In this document: piece after piece, positions 23,507 to 34,856 of the stretch | How positions within the stretch are numbered: the first letter of the stretch is position 1 | Layout of the letters: each line of letters starts with the position of its first letter | NCBI GenBank assembly: GCA_965645245.1 | Contig: OZ287070.1 | Coordinates: 992,001-1,056,000 of the forward strand | Reading direction: 5' to 3' | DNA from: Massalongia carnosa | Taxonomy: Eukaryota | DNA length: 64,000 bases | The notes under the pieces: model-generated | Seen by the model: the letters and a program-made list of their open reading frames with translations, nothing else | Told to the model about the DNA's origin: nothing | Databases searched by the model: none | Translations under genes and position numbers: made by a program

Positions 23507-26500
23507 CTCACAAAGGTCATGACCGTTAGACTACAGAAGATCATGACTATGACAAGTCTCAGTAGAAGTTCTTGGCTATTGGACAGCGCGGCAGATATGC
23601 ATGTATGCAATCACAGACCCTCTTTCACTGACTACATAGACTATCCTACAGGACTAGCAGGATCAACGTCCACAGGCACATCGCCAGGAAGAGGGACTAT
23701 TCAAAAAACTTTGACATCAGAGGACGGATCACCTTGTTCAGTTTTGACCCTCAACAATGTACTTTACATTCCTCAATGCCCTGTGAGCCTCGTCAGCCTT
23801 GGACTACTCAATCAGCATTCTATTTTCTATGATAACTCGAACTGGAGACTGTTCCTTGAACCTACCAAGAAAATCATATGTTATGTACCCAGAGTTAACA
23901 GCAACTTCATGCTACAAACCATAGACACTCTAGATATGAGGATGCATCTGAACAAGATTGACGAGAACACTTATCAAGAAGAAAACGTCGCTATTCATCA
24001 AACTTTCATAAAATTCAAGCTCACAACTTGGCATGCACGTCTTGGTCATCTCAACATACCGACATGCCGAAAGTACCTGAAAACACTGAACATAACGTTT
24101 GTTGACGATATCAATCAGGGTTGGTTCTGTCATGCTTGCGAGATGGGGAAAGCCACCAAGATATACAATCGAACTCCACAAGAGAAAGCCACGGAGATCT
24201 TCCAGAAAATAAACTCCGACATGGTAGGACCAATCAAACCAGTAGGGCTCCTTGAAGAGCTCTACTTCTTCACCTTCACCTGTGACGCCAGCAGATACAC
24301 TCATGTTTATACGGGACACAAAAAAAGTGAATGGTTTGATCACTTGTTGACATACAACAACATGGCTCAAAACAAATCTGGGAAAGCAAAGCCAATAAGC
24401 ATCTTTCGCACTGACTTCGGCACAGAACTACGCAGTCACAAGTCAGATAACTGGTTCCTTCAACAAGGTATAATATATGAACCTTCCGCCACATATTCTC
24501 AAGAAGAAAACGGTGTCGCAGAACGAATGGGTAGGACCATCATGGACATGACAAGATGCACAGTTATTGGTGGAGGAATTCCAGATTATCTGTGGACAGA
24601 AGTCGTTTTAGCCATGGTTCACACCAAAAACGTTAGACCAACAAACGCCTTGGGAGGTAAAACCCCTTATGAAGTCTTTGAGAACAAACCACCCAAGCTA
24701 GATCACTTGAGAGTACTTGGATCCACCGTTTATGCATTGATTCATGAACAAGAGCGAAAGGGAATGAACAGCAAGTCTGCAAAATTCGCCCCAAGAGCTC
24801 AGAAAGGAATCTTGTGTGGATATGACGGAAACACTATCTATCGCGTCTTCCTGGAAAAAGACTACAAGGTCATTCGAGTCAAAGATCTACGAATTCATGA
24901 AGATGCTATAGACAAGAATGAGACTGATCTGCCTACATACGATTCCGTGATGATTGTTGAAGAAGATGAGAATCTGCCTAAAGCCATTTCCAACTCTTCC
25001 AGAACTCAACCACGGTTAAATCCCGAAGTCACTGAAGCTTCAAAACGAGGAAGAGGTAGGCCCAGGAAACATGCTCATGTAGCACAAGTACTGGCCCTTC
25101 TGTCTAATGAAGCACTGACTGAACCAGAGCATATCTTCACAATGGTAGACAAAGATGAAGAAGATCCACTCATACTTCTAGCCAAGGAAATGGAAAAAGA
25201 GGGAGCAGCAAACCTAAACGATCTTGATGCGTTCGTTCAATCAGACATAGCTGAGCCACAGACATATCATCAAGCAATGAACTCCAGCTATTCAAACGAA
25301 TGGAGCCTGGCAATGAACGAAGAGCACAAGAGCCTCATGGAAAACAACACCTGGGACACTGTACCTATCGAAACCATGAAACTTGGACACATAGCATTAA
25401 GCGGTAAGTGGGTATATAAGCTAAAGAAAGATGTGAATGGAAACATCACCCGCTTCAAAGCTAGATGGGTCGTCAAGGGATATCTACAACAATACGGAGT
25501 AGACTTCGATCAAACCTTCGCTTCTGTGGTCAAGCCGATGGCCTTTCGTCTGATATTCGCATTAGCTGCTTATCATGACTTGGATATCGAACAACTCGAT
25601 ATAGTGACAGCTTTCCTCAATGGCTTCATTGATCAACTCATCTATGTTCACATGCCAAAAGGTTATGACGTACCCGGCATGATATGTAAACTGAACAAGG
25701 CCCTGTATGGTCTAAAACAGTCTCCTCGCCTCTGGTATGAACGACTTTCTACCTTTCTGCTGCAAAAATTAGGACTCGAGAAGCTTCACGCAGACCACAG
25801 CATCTTCGCCACACCTCAAGGCATAAAAGGTCCCATCGTTACTTCTTTCGTTGATGATCTGAACATCATAGGTCCAAAGGGCTCCCAAATGATCACCGAA
25901 GTCAAGAGACAACTCAAGCTAGCATTCAAAATGGTAGACATGGGACCGATCAGTTACTACTTAGGTCTCAAGGTCGAACGAGATCGAGTCAAAAGGATCA
26001 TCAAGCTATCTCAACCAACCTATATTGAGAAAGTGCTAGAAAGATTTCATATGCAAAATGCAAAAACAGCCAATACTCCCATGCGAGAAGAATGTCTTTT
26101 CACCAATGAATCCCAAGCCTCCGACAAAGACATTAGACAATATCAAACCATTGTTGGATCCATCATGTTCGCGATGATAGAAACAAGACCCGACATTGCT
26201 TTTGCAACATCTGCAGTCAGTCGACATTCGAAAAATCCAAGCAGGACACACATGGAAGCGGCCAAACATATTCTCAGGTATCTTAGCGCTACCAAGGACA
26301 GAGGTATCACCTTCGGCGGAGGAGACCTGACAATACAAGGGTATTCCGATTCCGACTGGGCCGGAGACAAGGAAGAACGCAAGTCAACGTCTGGTTATGT
26401 CTTCATGTTAAACAATGGACCCATAAGCTGGTGCTCCAAAAGACAAACAACCGTCGCATTATCATCAACTGAAGCAGAGTATATGGCACTTACCTTAGCA

Positions 26501-26884
26501 GCAAAGGAGGCCACATGGCTACGTTTACTGATGACCGAACTTGGATTAATGACTATAGACAACGAATCCCCAACGGTAAATGTGTTAAGAGGAGAAGGCA
26601 CCATCGCATTAAAAGGCGACAATCAAAGCGCCATAGCCCTTGCCAACAATCCTGTCTTACACGCTAGGACTAAGCACATAGACATTCAGCATCACTTCAT
26701 CCGGAACGAGGTCCTCGAGGGACGAATCGACCTCACCTATGTCTCAACAGAAGACATGATAGCAGACGGACTGACAAAACCTCTCACTCATGTTAAGTTC
26801 TTCTCGTTTGTCAGACAATTACACATGGATAACAATTCAACCACGGTTGAACCTACAGGCAAAACAAGTACTGGCAGGACTTGA
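23507..26884 (+). CDS. pol: Copia Pol (protease, integrase, reverse transcriptase, RNase H), in the same frame as gag after one UGA
   Basis: WLLDSAAD; WHARLGH...CHAC; DMVGP, RTDFGTE, ENGVAER; FKARWVVKG, ALYGLKQSPRLW, FVDD; YSDSDWAG, TKHIDI. Confidence 0.96.
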   Translation, partial: LTKVMTVRLQKIMTMTSLSRSSWLLDSAADMHVCNHRPSFTDYIDYPTGLAGSTSTGTSPGRGTIQKTLTSEDGSPCSVLTLNNVLYIPQCPVSLVSLGLLNQHSIFYDNSNWRLFLEPTKKIICYVPRVNSNFMLQTIDTLDMRMHLNKIDENTYQEENVAIHQTFIKFKLTTWHARLGHLNIPTCRKYLKTLNITFVDDINQGWFCHACEMGKATKIYNRTPQEKATEIFQKINSDMVGPIKPVGLLEELYFFTFTCDASRYTHVYTGHKKSEWFDHLLTYNNMAQNKSGKAKPISIFRTDFGTELRSHKSDNWFLQQGIIYEPSATYSQEENGVAERMGRTIMDMTRCTVIGGGIPDYLWTEVVLAMVHTKNVRPTNALGGKTPYEVFENKPPKLDHLRVLGSTVYALIHEQERKGMNSKSAKFAPRAQKGILCGYDGNTIYRVFLEKDYKVIRVKDLRIHEDAIDKNETDLPTYDSVMIVEEDENLPKAISNSSRTQPRLNPEVTEASKRGRGRPRKHAHVAQVLALLSNEALTEPEHIFTMVDKDEEDPLILLAKEMEKEGAANLNDLDAFVQSDIAEPQTYHQAMNSSYSNEWSLAMNEEHKSLMENNTWDTVPIETMKLGHIALSGKWVYKLKKDVNGNITRFKARWVVKGYLQQYGVDFDQTFASVVKPMAFRLIFALAAYHDLDIEQLDIVTAFLNGFIDQLIYVHMPKGYDVPGMICKLNKALYGLKQSPRLWYERLSTFLLQKLGLEKLHADHSIFATPQGIKGPIVTSFVDDLNIIGPKGSQMITEVKRQLKLAFKMVDMGPISYYLGLKVERDRVKRIIKLSQPTYIEKVLERFHMQNAKTANTPMREECLFTNESQASDKDIRQYQTIVGSIMFAMIETRPDIAFATSAVSRHSKNPSRTHMEAAKHILRYLSATKDRGITFGGGDLTIQGYSDSDWAGDKEERKSTSGYVFMLNNGPISWCSKRQTTVALSSTEAEYMALTLAAKEATWLRLLMTELGLMTIDNESPTVNVLRGEGTIALKGDNQSAIALANNPVLHARTKHIDIQHHFIRNEVLEGRIDLTYVSTEDMIADGLTKPLTHVKFFSFVRQLHMDNNSTTVEPTGKTSTGRT

Positions 26885-26891
26885 GGGGGGG

Positions 26892-27181
26892 TGTTGAATA
26901 TTCAACTCCTACCAGTACAGTGAACACCTACCAGTTCAATGAACATAGCACCTACGACTGCCCAAGATGGACAGAGCACCTACAGAAACCGTAGATGCCG
27001 TATTAGGCTTAGCCTAGAGATTAGATAAGATCAGCTCAGATAATCTTATCACCTCGCTTAGCAGAGGGTGACCAGTTATGGGACAAAGACTGCTGAACAG
27101 CACTCTTCATCCTTAACATCACGGTCATACATACCATTTTTATCATAGCCATATAGCCATAGTCATATACCTATTTCAACA
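26892..27181 (+). repeat. 3' LTR of copia element
   Basis: Identical by eye to 21276-21565; preceded by the polypurine tract. Confidence 0.98.
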
Positions 27182-29746
27182 GTAGTCTTGTATGGCTAAG
27201 TGTTTGACTCGTATCGATTTATTTTGCGATGTAAAGTCACTGGAAGCTAGTAGTGATGCAGGGCTCAGTGTTGTTTCGTACATTTCCTGCCATTATGCGT
27301 TAGGGTCTGGTTCTATCAGTAATCTACGCATTCAGCAGGTTGGGTTTGATAATGGTTCATTTCTATCCGAGGTCTGGCAAGTTGACCCTGGCGTAGCATA
27401 AAGTGTTTCTTCTGCAATTATAAAGACAATTCACTAGAGGGACAACGTGTTCGTAACATGCTCGACAGGCTTAGAAATTGTTCCCTTCATCTACGACAAC
27501 CCCACCAGGGCAAACTGGGTTCCCAAGGCTAATGCTGCTAGGATTCTCAACTTGTACAGTTGTGCCGGTCAAAGAATGACGCTTTTGCTCTCTCCATCGT
27601 CTTGTATTTCGCGAAATAACTGGTTGGTACTTGTCAATCCCATTCCAGCACTGATCTTTCATGCCCTCAGCTTGGAACTTCTGTATCGGAGTAAGGACTG
27701 AGGAGCTACCTATAGCTGTGTTGCCGTCAATGTGTCGTTTAGGGCGAGCGCTGCAGGTCCCAAGGGTGTCGTGATAAGCAGCGCGGTCAACATAAAGGTA
27801 CGGCCTTTCATTGTCGCACTCGGAAAGATGTGAGGCTCTGCCCCTATCCTCGATGAACGACTGGCGAACGGATTCATCGACGCTATGCTGTTCCATAGGT
27901 TCATTGTATGAATAACCAACGCTGTCGTAAGATATGGTTCCATCCTTGTGTTTTACGAAGCCATCCGTTCTTGGTCTAGGATCACGACAAACGGGATGGT
28001 AGACGGTCTGGTGGGCGTGACGATGAGCTTCCTATCACGGTGGGAAATGGTCAACACTGAATAGCTGACTTTTGGTGTTCAATTTTTTTTTAAAAAAAAA
28101 AACATACCTGAGGGCTAAACAGATTTTCGGTAATTAATTCATTGGTTTCCGGAGTGTTGGTGCTATGCCTGCGGCTCGTCATTGTGAGAAGATGAGGGAA
28201 GCTGTAGATAGACAAAAGTATGGAAAAGTGAGAAACTATTAGGCCCAGCAAAGGAACGTCAAGCCTGAGGAGAAGGCTGGGTGTAATAACTCGATTTGCT
28301 CTGGAGAAATTTGTGGGACCTTATTTGGCAGGGCGAGGACGAGAACAACATATTTATACTAAGCAGATCATATGCCTTGCAGTCTCTCTTCGGACTTTCA
28401 AAATATAATGGAAGAGGGATTTTAAACGAGTTCTTGAGTGGGCATCCATGACGGAGGGTAATACTCATGCAGCCCTCCCTTATTCGCTCCTGATAAGTGC
28501 TCACGGAGAAAAAGAATCCAGCTACCTAGCATAGTCCTGCATACTAGGTTGGACACAGCTCAAGGGGTTTTGCCATCAAGAAATATCGACACACGGAATT
28601 AGGCAACGAGGCGAAAGAGATACATATGAAAAGTAAAGGATAGGCCGCCTGGTGGCCTACATAATTATCCTCGATCTTGACATCTGTTGATATCTCAGTA
28701 TCACAACAGCGGCGACCAAGTTTTGACTAGAGTTAGACACGAAAATGCGTAACATGGAGCACGCGGTGTTCACGAAAATATTATGTTAAACGCTTTAACA
28801 TTATTCCAATTACAAACCATAATGAAAGGGAAAAGGAAGGAAGAAGATCGTATGCGAATTGATATGTTCTGAATGGAGTTACAATACTCTTGCTCAATCA
28901 ATTGATACCTCTTGTTTGAGCCATAGAGTTATAAGCAACACATCTAATGAAGTGCTCGAACAAGGAGCTACGAGCCTTCGATGCATTTGAGGCCGTGAAA
29001 GAGCAAACAATCACGGCGAAGATGCGGCGTCATCTAAACCCACAGAAACGAATGAGATGTCAGGTGTGGTTGCGGAGGATCTTTCACCGAGATATGGCTC
29101 GGCCTCACTAACTACAACTCCGGCTGGCGCCACTAGATACACGAACTGGTTAAGCCATTGGCAGGCACGGCAGGCCCCATTTTCCAAGCCGCAGAGTTTT
29201 CTAGCGGCTAACCTCTTATAGCTTAGCAACTACCCTAAATAAGCCTAGATACCGAGGGACGTTCTTTCTACGGCAGCGGGATGCAGGAGAAGAGGGTCTA
29301 TCCGTGCGACCCACATCGCTCGGTTCGCATTCGCTTAGGCGAACCAGCGATGTGGGTCACACGGATAGGGCTATCAAGGATAGGCAAAGAGAAGTGCTTG
29401 ACAAACGTGATGCAGGTACTCCGTATTTCCAGTGAAGATACTCCAAATTTAGCTATCTGCTGAACTGAATTCTGAACGATTGAATAGCTAAATTACATGA
29501 GGAATCACCGTCTCTTTATACTGCTTGGCCTCCATCTCGGCCTATATCAAATGCATGAACCTGCTTCCTTTGAACCTTTTCAGCTGGGCAAAATACACCT
29601 TATTGCTGACCGGAGACACCGAGACACTCAGTGATCATGAACAGCTGAATTGCCTCCGAAATGTAGCATTTTTGCTGCATACCTTTGCCTCCTCGTAGTT
29701 GCCGAAGTCGTGCCGATATCTGAAGCTTTTCGCATATCCCTCTTCG

Positions 29747-31865
29747 CACCCCTCCCCCAAGCTAACCATTATTGGTTAAGAAGCGCTAAATTTTAATTAT
29801 CTGACCAATCAATGTGAACCTGATTACCCCTATTTACAAAAAGTTCAAATTTATAGCTATATCATTTACTCGTCCCAATTCATATGAATAGCTTCCCAAA
29901 AATTGGCTTTTCTACAGCAGGGCCTGATTGGATGACATCCTCCACAAGCCCATATAGTCTGAGCACCTCTTCGCCTTTTTATTCGCCCATTAACGTCTCT
30001 TTCAGCCAGTGGCTGTCCCTTTCGCTTTGAAGGTCGTGTTTTGTTGACTTTACAATGCATACATCTTTGTTTTCTTTCAAGACGAACGTAATGATAAACG
30101 GGAGGTGCTACTAAAGCATCAATCGCGGTGTTAATGCTTACCTTTGGTGGAACGGGCCTGATGCCCGCTTGATTTGACACCAATTCGAGGGCAATCTGAC
30201 GAAGAAACTTGGAACGAGTAAGCTTTTTTTCCTCGAGGTGGAAAGAGTTCATCGAGTAAAGTTTAAACGCGTTCAGTCCGACTGCATCCAATATAAAAAT
30301 GAATAAAGGCCACCAGTAACGATCCGTACGACGATCGTATGAATAAACCGCTCGTTGCTGAGCGTTTCCATCCGACCCTCCCATATAGAGGTTATATTCT
30401 CTGATTGGGGCTGGTATTGGTAATCCAAGGGGCCATTGGACCGCTTGATTGGGCGAAGGAGAGAAGTGAGCCAGAGTTGATGGGAAATATGGTACAATCG
30501 GTTGAAGTGAGGTCTCAGGAATTCCATGCCTTTTGTATGGATTTATATAGTGTATTTCGTTCAGGTCCTGGGGAGAGTGGCCGGTGGTCATGTACTGCAC
30601 ACCATTATTATCCACCCAGCCCATACAAAGCACCTCATCATCGATCACCATATGTGCTTGCAGGCCCCAGTCATTTCCTTTTGAGGTGACGTCCCGTATG
30701 ACCAACAATTCTTCTGGAAAGCCTGAGCCCTTTTTAGCAGTCCCGCTGGCAGCTATTCCGATTGATCGAAGTGCCTTGAATAACTTCGTGCTAGTAAAGA
30801 AATTATCACAGAAAAGATGATAATCTAGAAAGGATGGAGGTTCTTTACATAACTGAATCACCACCAAAGCACTGACAGTTAGTCCGTCCTTCATAAAAAA
30901 TCCCAATTATTTAGCTGTTTTCAATTGACTTATTTTGCTAGTCTTGGAGGCAAACAAAAACGACAACAAATAATTATCCTGACAGAGGCTGTAGGATTTA
31001 AATCCTTTGTGAGCACTTTTAGTAGCGATTTGCATGGTGTGTCGAGATCGGCCTTTAAATAGCACCAGTTCATCTATAGAAATATTGCTTCCTGGTATGC
31101 AATGTTTCAACGAGGCCTTTCGAAAATCAGTGGCCAACGGTTCTAGTTTCTTCCACCAATCAGGTCCTTTGCCCAGTCCCGGAGGCTCTGTTCGTCCATT
31201 GTTGATTTTCAAAAATCGCTTGATTTGTTGAAATCGATAAAGCGATATAGCGGACTGAATAGGCATGATGACTGGCTTGTCCGGGCGTTGATTCCAATAA
31301 TCTTCTGTAGCAGGTAGACGATTGAGACCCATAAGAAGTATTATGCCCAAAAACACCTCTATTTCCGAGCCAGTAGTATCAGTCCAATTTCGATGATTAT
31401 TCTCCTTCTCCTTCTCCATGTAGTCGTGTGCTTTGATATTGGTATGATATGCGATGATGCGACAATTCTGCCTTGTTATAAACAACTGAAATAATTCCAG
31501 AGGACTTCGAGCAATGTCTTCAATTAATGGAACAAAAGGCCTGCTGATAACACGAATAGGGTATACTTAGAGGAATATCGATCAAGATGTTTTGGACACC
31601 TCATTTGCGATTTATTTTATGCTGCTTCGCTGAGATTGGCGATTTGTCTGAAACACTCGGGAATTCTTCTTCATTGAGCCCCATAATCACAGTAAAAATC
31701 CCGTATATAGAAAGACAGCAATTGACGAGGTCTAAATTGATTGAATGAGGTTCAATGAAGTTCATTTGAAAGGTAAACAGTCAAGAAAAAATTGATGTTC
31801 GCATGACTAATTCAAATTTGCTAAATGCGGAAGCTAGCTAATAATGGTTAGCTTGGGTGGGGGTG
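29747..31865 (-). mobile_element. piggyBac-like DNA transposon, degenerate
   Basis: Imperfect ~27-bp TIR CACCCC(T)CCCCCAAGCTAACCATTATT at 29747-29773 and 31840-31865 enclosing a piggyBac transposase; no TTAA TSD visible. Confidence 0.75.
29866..31684 (-). pseudogene. piggyBac (DDE_Tnp_1_7-type) transposase pseudogene
   Basis: ISIDE...FKGRS, GFKSY, LFCDNFFTS, SGTAK, WVDNN, YNLYMGGSD, C-terminal Cys-rich region; in-frame TAA at 30907-30909 plus N-terminal stop and frameshift. Confidence 0.9.
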
Positions 31866-31880
31866 CTTGGCACGCGGGTG

Positions 31881-33193
31881 ACAAAAAATTTTACTCACAA
31901 ATTTTGACGCCACCAAACCATCGAATTTTGACCCCTATTTGCATCATGGCACCACACTATTATTATTGCTACTCCTACTACTATCAATAACCCGTCATCG
32001 CACCGTCACCATCTATCACCACTTGCAGCCGTTTCGGCATCTCAGCCACCTTGCTATTGATGAAATTTTGCGAAACCGTGGCCCACCCCTCATGAATCAG
32101 TCCTACCGTGGTGGCCTCATCCCAATGAGGGAATTTGCGAATATACTGCTTGGGTAGCTGCTAGCAATTTTCAATAGGTGAGAGATCAGGAGACGAAGCA
32201 CAGTTGAAATAGCTTTTCAACCCATTTTCTTCCTTCCATTTGCGTACGATATTGTTTCTACTAGTACCGTGCCCTGAATCACCATCTTCTTCCAGACAGA
32301 AATCATCACCTCTGTCAAGCCACGGCTTGACGACGGGCTTCAAAATCTGATCAATATAGACCCTTTGACTCATCTTTCCATTAGTGGTGCCCGGAACGTC
32401 GTATAAACGAATGTCTGACTTGAAATTGTGGCCCACAGCAGCCCAAGCATGCTTTTTTTTCAAGTCTTTTTCAGTTGATTCGTTCGTTTCTTGAAGACAA
32501 TCTTGACAGTATCGTTGACCCGGCTTGCGAATGATGCGAATTTTCCCCTGAGGTCCATAGCTATAATGCACCTCATCGCTGAATCGTACAGAAAACCAGT
32601 CTTCATCATCAGGATATCTTTCTTTCATGACGATAGTCCATTCAAAACGACGTTTAGCCGTCGATTCGCTGACCCAGCCCTTTCTACATGCAATGCATTT
32701 ATGATAATTCATCGTACCCATAACTCTCTGAATTGTACGACCACTGCACTCCAGTCCCACCTCGTAGCCCAATTGAACCTACGTTAACCCGAGAGCCTCC
32801 ATGCCTTCTGTCTCCAAAATACGCTCCATCTCTCGTATGTGTCTCGGGGTCACAATTGAATGACGTCCACGTGTTTCAGGAACGTTGGCATTGTGTCTAG
32901 TACGACTGAAATTTTCTCTTGTCAACATTTTCCAGCCAGTTTGTTTTGAAGTGCCGAAAACACGAAAAACATCTTTGAAATAAGGAATCTTCATCGCATC
33001 GCAAAACTCCACTGCACCCTGAATTTTGGCCCGTGTGGGGGTAGGATGATGGATCTGAGCCTCATGCGACTCCAAAACAGGTGTGGTAGCTTTATTCATG
33101 GCTAAATGATGGTGTATAAAATGTGGTGGTTGAAAAGGGGTTAAAATTTGATGGTTTGGTGGGGTCAGAATTTGTGAGTAAAAATTTTTTTGT
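31881..33193 (-). mobile_element. Tc1/mariner-superfamily element
   Basis: ~57-bp TIR ACAAAAAATTTTACTCACAAATT(T/C)TGAC(G/C)CCACCAAACCATC at 31881-31936 and 33136-33193; outermost bases and TA TSD not clear. Confidence 0.88.
31984..33099 (-). pseudogene. Tc1-like DD37E transposase with two TGG>TAG stops (32779-32781, 32161-32163)
   Basis: One frame throughout: RFSDE, EEDGDSGH, SSPDLSPIENC*, continuing to MPKRLQVVIDGDGAMTGY; 37 residues between second D and E. Confidence 0.92.
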
Positions 33194-33757
33194 AAAGGGG
33201 ATTGCCTAATCTGGAAATTAGTAAGCAGGAGGCAAAAGAACCTCGGTCGAAATATTCAAGTATCTCGGCAAATTCCAATACTTTCACGCTAAAAGGACGT
33301 CCAAATGTTGTAGAAGATTTTACGGAGTACACCACGCGGCGTGTGCCCGCCTACCTACCTTAAGGGCGTTCGGACATGGTCTTGAGATGGTCTCAAGATA
33401 TTATCCACTAGAACGTTCTTGTCATAGTCTATCTACTAATTGATTACGTCAGTCATCATAAGTAAAATATCTTATAACGTGGAATGCATGTTTTTAACAA
33501 CAGAATCTCAAGACGATCATGGTTTGAAGATTTTCATTGGATTAGCTCAAAGATTCTTCTGAATCAGGAGTGCTTTAAACAGTGTAATATCTGATTGACG
33601 TGATCTCAAGTTTTTATTTGTGTTAGAGTCGAGTGCAAATAAAACATTTTCTTCGATCAACCTATCAGCTATCTAAAACAAACCTGAGGTTAAATGTGGC
33701 TGCATCAACAACTCTAAGCAACATCTTTTCTTCAGACCAATACAAAAAAGCAAGCAT

Positions 33758-34670
33758 TCACGAACTAAGTCCGTCCTCATCTTCGTCCTCGGCCTCGGTG
33801 ACCTCCATTTCATCCATGATAGTGCCAAATTCCTCCATCTCTAGATTATTCGACGATCCCTTTCTCAGGCATTTTGCCCGAAGCTGGTTTCAATTTTAAA
33901 TGATATGGCTTAATGTTTTGATATTTTGCCATTTGAGGAAATGTATCGTAAAACTCTAAAAGAGAGGTTCGATCTGTGCCTTCGGCTCTGGGTGCGTCTT
34001 AGTACAATTTCGTCTTGACCGCTAAATTTAAAAAATTTACTTTTTTTCATATCAATATGTAAATTCCATCAGTCCTCGTATGCCTTGTCACTTACCTTTA
34101 ATCCAATAGGGCCCTCGAGGCATTGCACCCTTCTTTGGAGACTCGTGGAACATCAAAGTTTTGGCTGCCCATGGAAAGACTGTCTCAGCATCATGATGCT
34201 GTGCAAAGGCTTTGAATAGCCTGCTCGAGTCATGCTCGGATTCCAGCAGCCCTAGGTTGTCTCTCATGATAGCAGACTGTATGTAGTCCTAAAAACAGTC
34301 AGAAGTCGAGTATAAACGCTAATAGCAAGCTACATACTTCCATACACGCCAGAGAGCGATGTTTCCACGTTGAAACGTTGGATTGCACCTTGGTGACTCC
34401 CTTCCTGAAATAAATATCTTCCTCATCCACATCTTCTCTTATTGCATTTCGAACGATATGCGCTATTTGATCTGCGTCCAACTTGCCATAACGAAGCGCA
34501 AATGGCCGCAAAGAAGCCTCCATTCGCATGACTATTAGTTTCCATTCGAAGGTAATGGCCTGTCTTCTCCGCGTCTTTTTGGTTGATATTTCTGCCGCTA
34601 TTGATCCTGATTATGTTTCAGCTTGCGTTAAAGGTTCAAGGACCTCTTCATTTGACGATGATACGTTCAT
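33758..34670 (-). pseudogene. Small intron-containing accessory gene with acidic C-terminus, divergent from the CMC-like transposase
   Basis: ATG 34670, premature TAA at 34611-34613, GTATGT and GTAAGT donors, ends EEFGTIMDEMEVTEAEDEDEDGLSS*. Confidence 0.55.
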
Positions 34671-34856
34671 GATTATATTTATGATATCAGGATTAATGAT
34701 AATGCAATGGAAAGAAAGCGCGAAGCAGTAAAGACGAATGCTAATGTTCTGAATTAGTGTGCTAAAGCCCTAAGAACTAAAATATCAAAACGCACAAGTA
34801 ATTCTTCATGAGAATACCTCACCTGCGCACAGAACTAAACTCAGTTATGAGACACG

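Larger units (their letters stand above)
21276..27181 (+). mobile_element. Full-length Ty1/copia LTR retrotransposon (5.9 kb)
   Basis: 290-bp TG...CA LTRs at 21276-21565 and 26892-27181, identical by eye; 5-bp TSD GTAGT (21271-21275, 27182-27186); PBS; PPT GAGGGGGGG 26883-26891; PR-IN-RT-RH domain order. Confidence 0.98.

Noticed and set aside
27190..28190. Possible minus-strand pseudogene next to the copia insertion
   Set aside because: Has an intron-like signal and open stretches but no identifiable domain or consistent frame
33361..33376. TAAGGGCGTTCGGAC resembling a Harbinger terminus
   Set aside because: No convincing matching inverted end found
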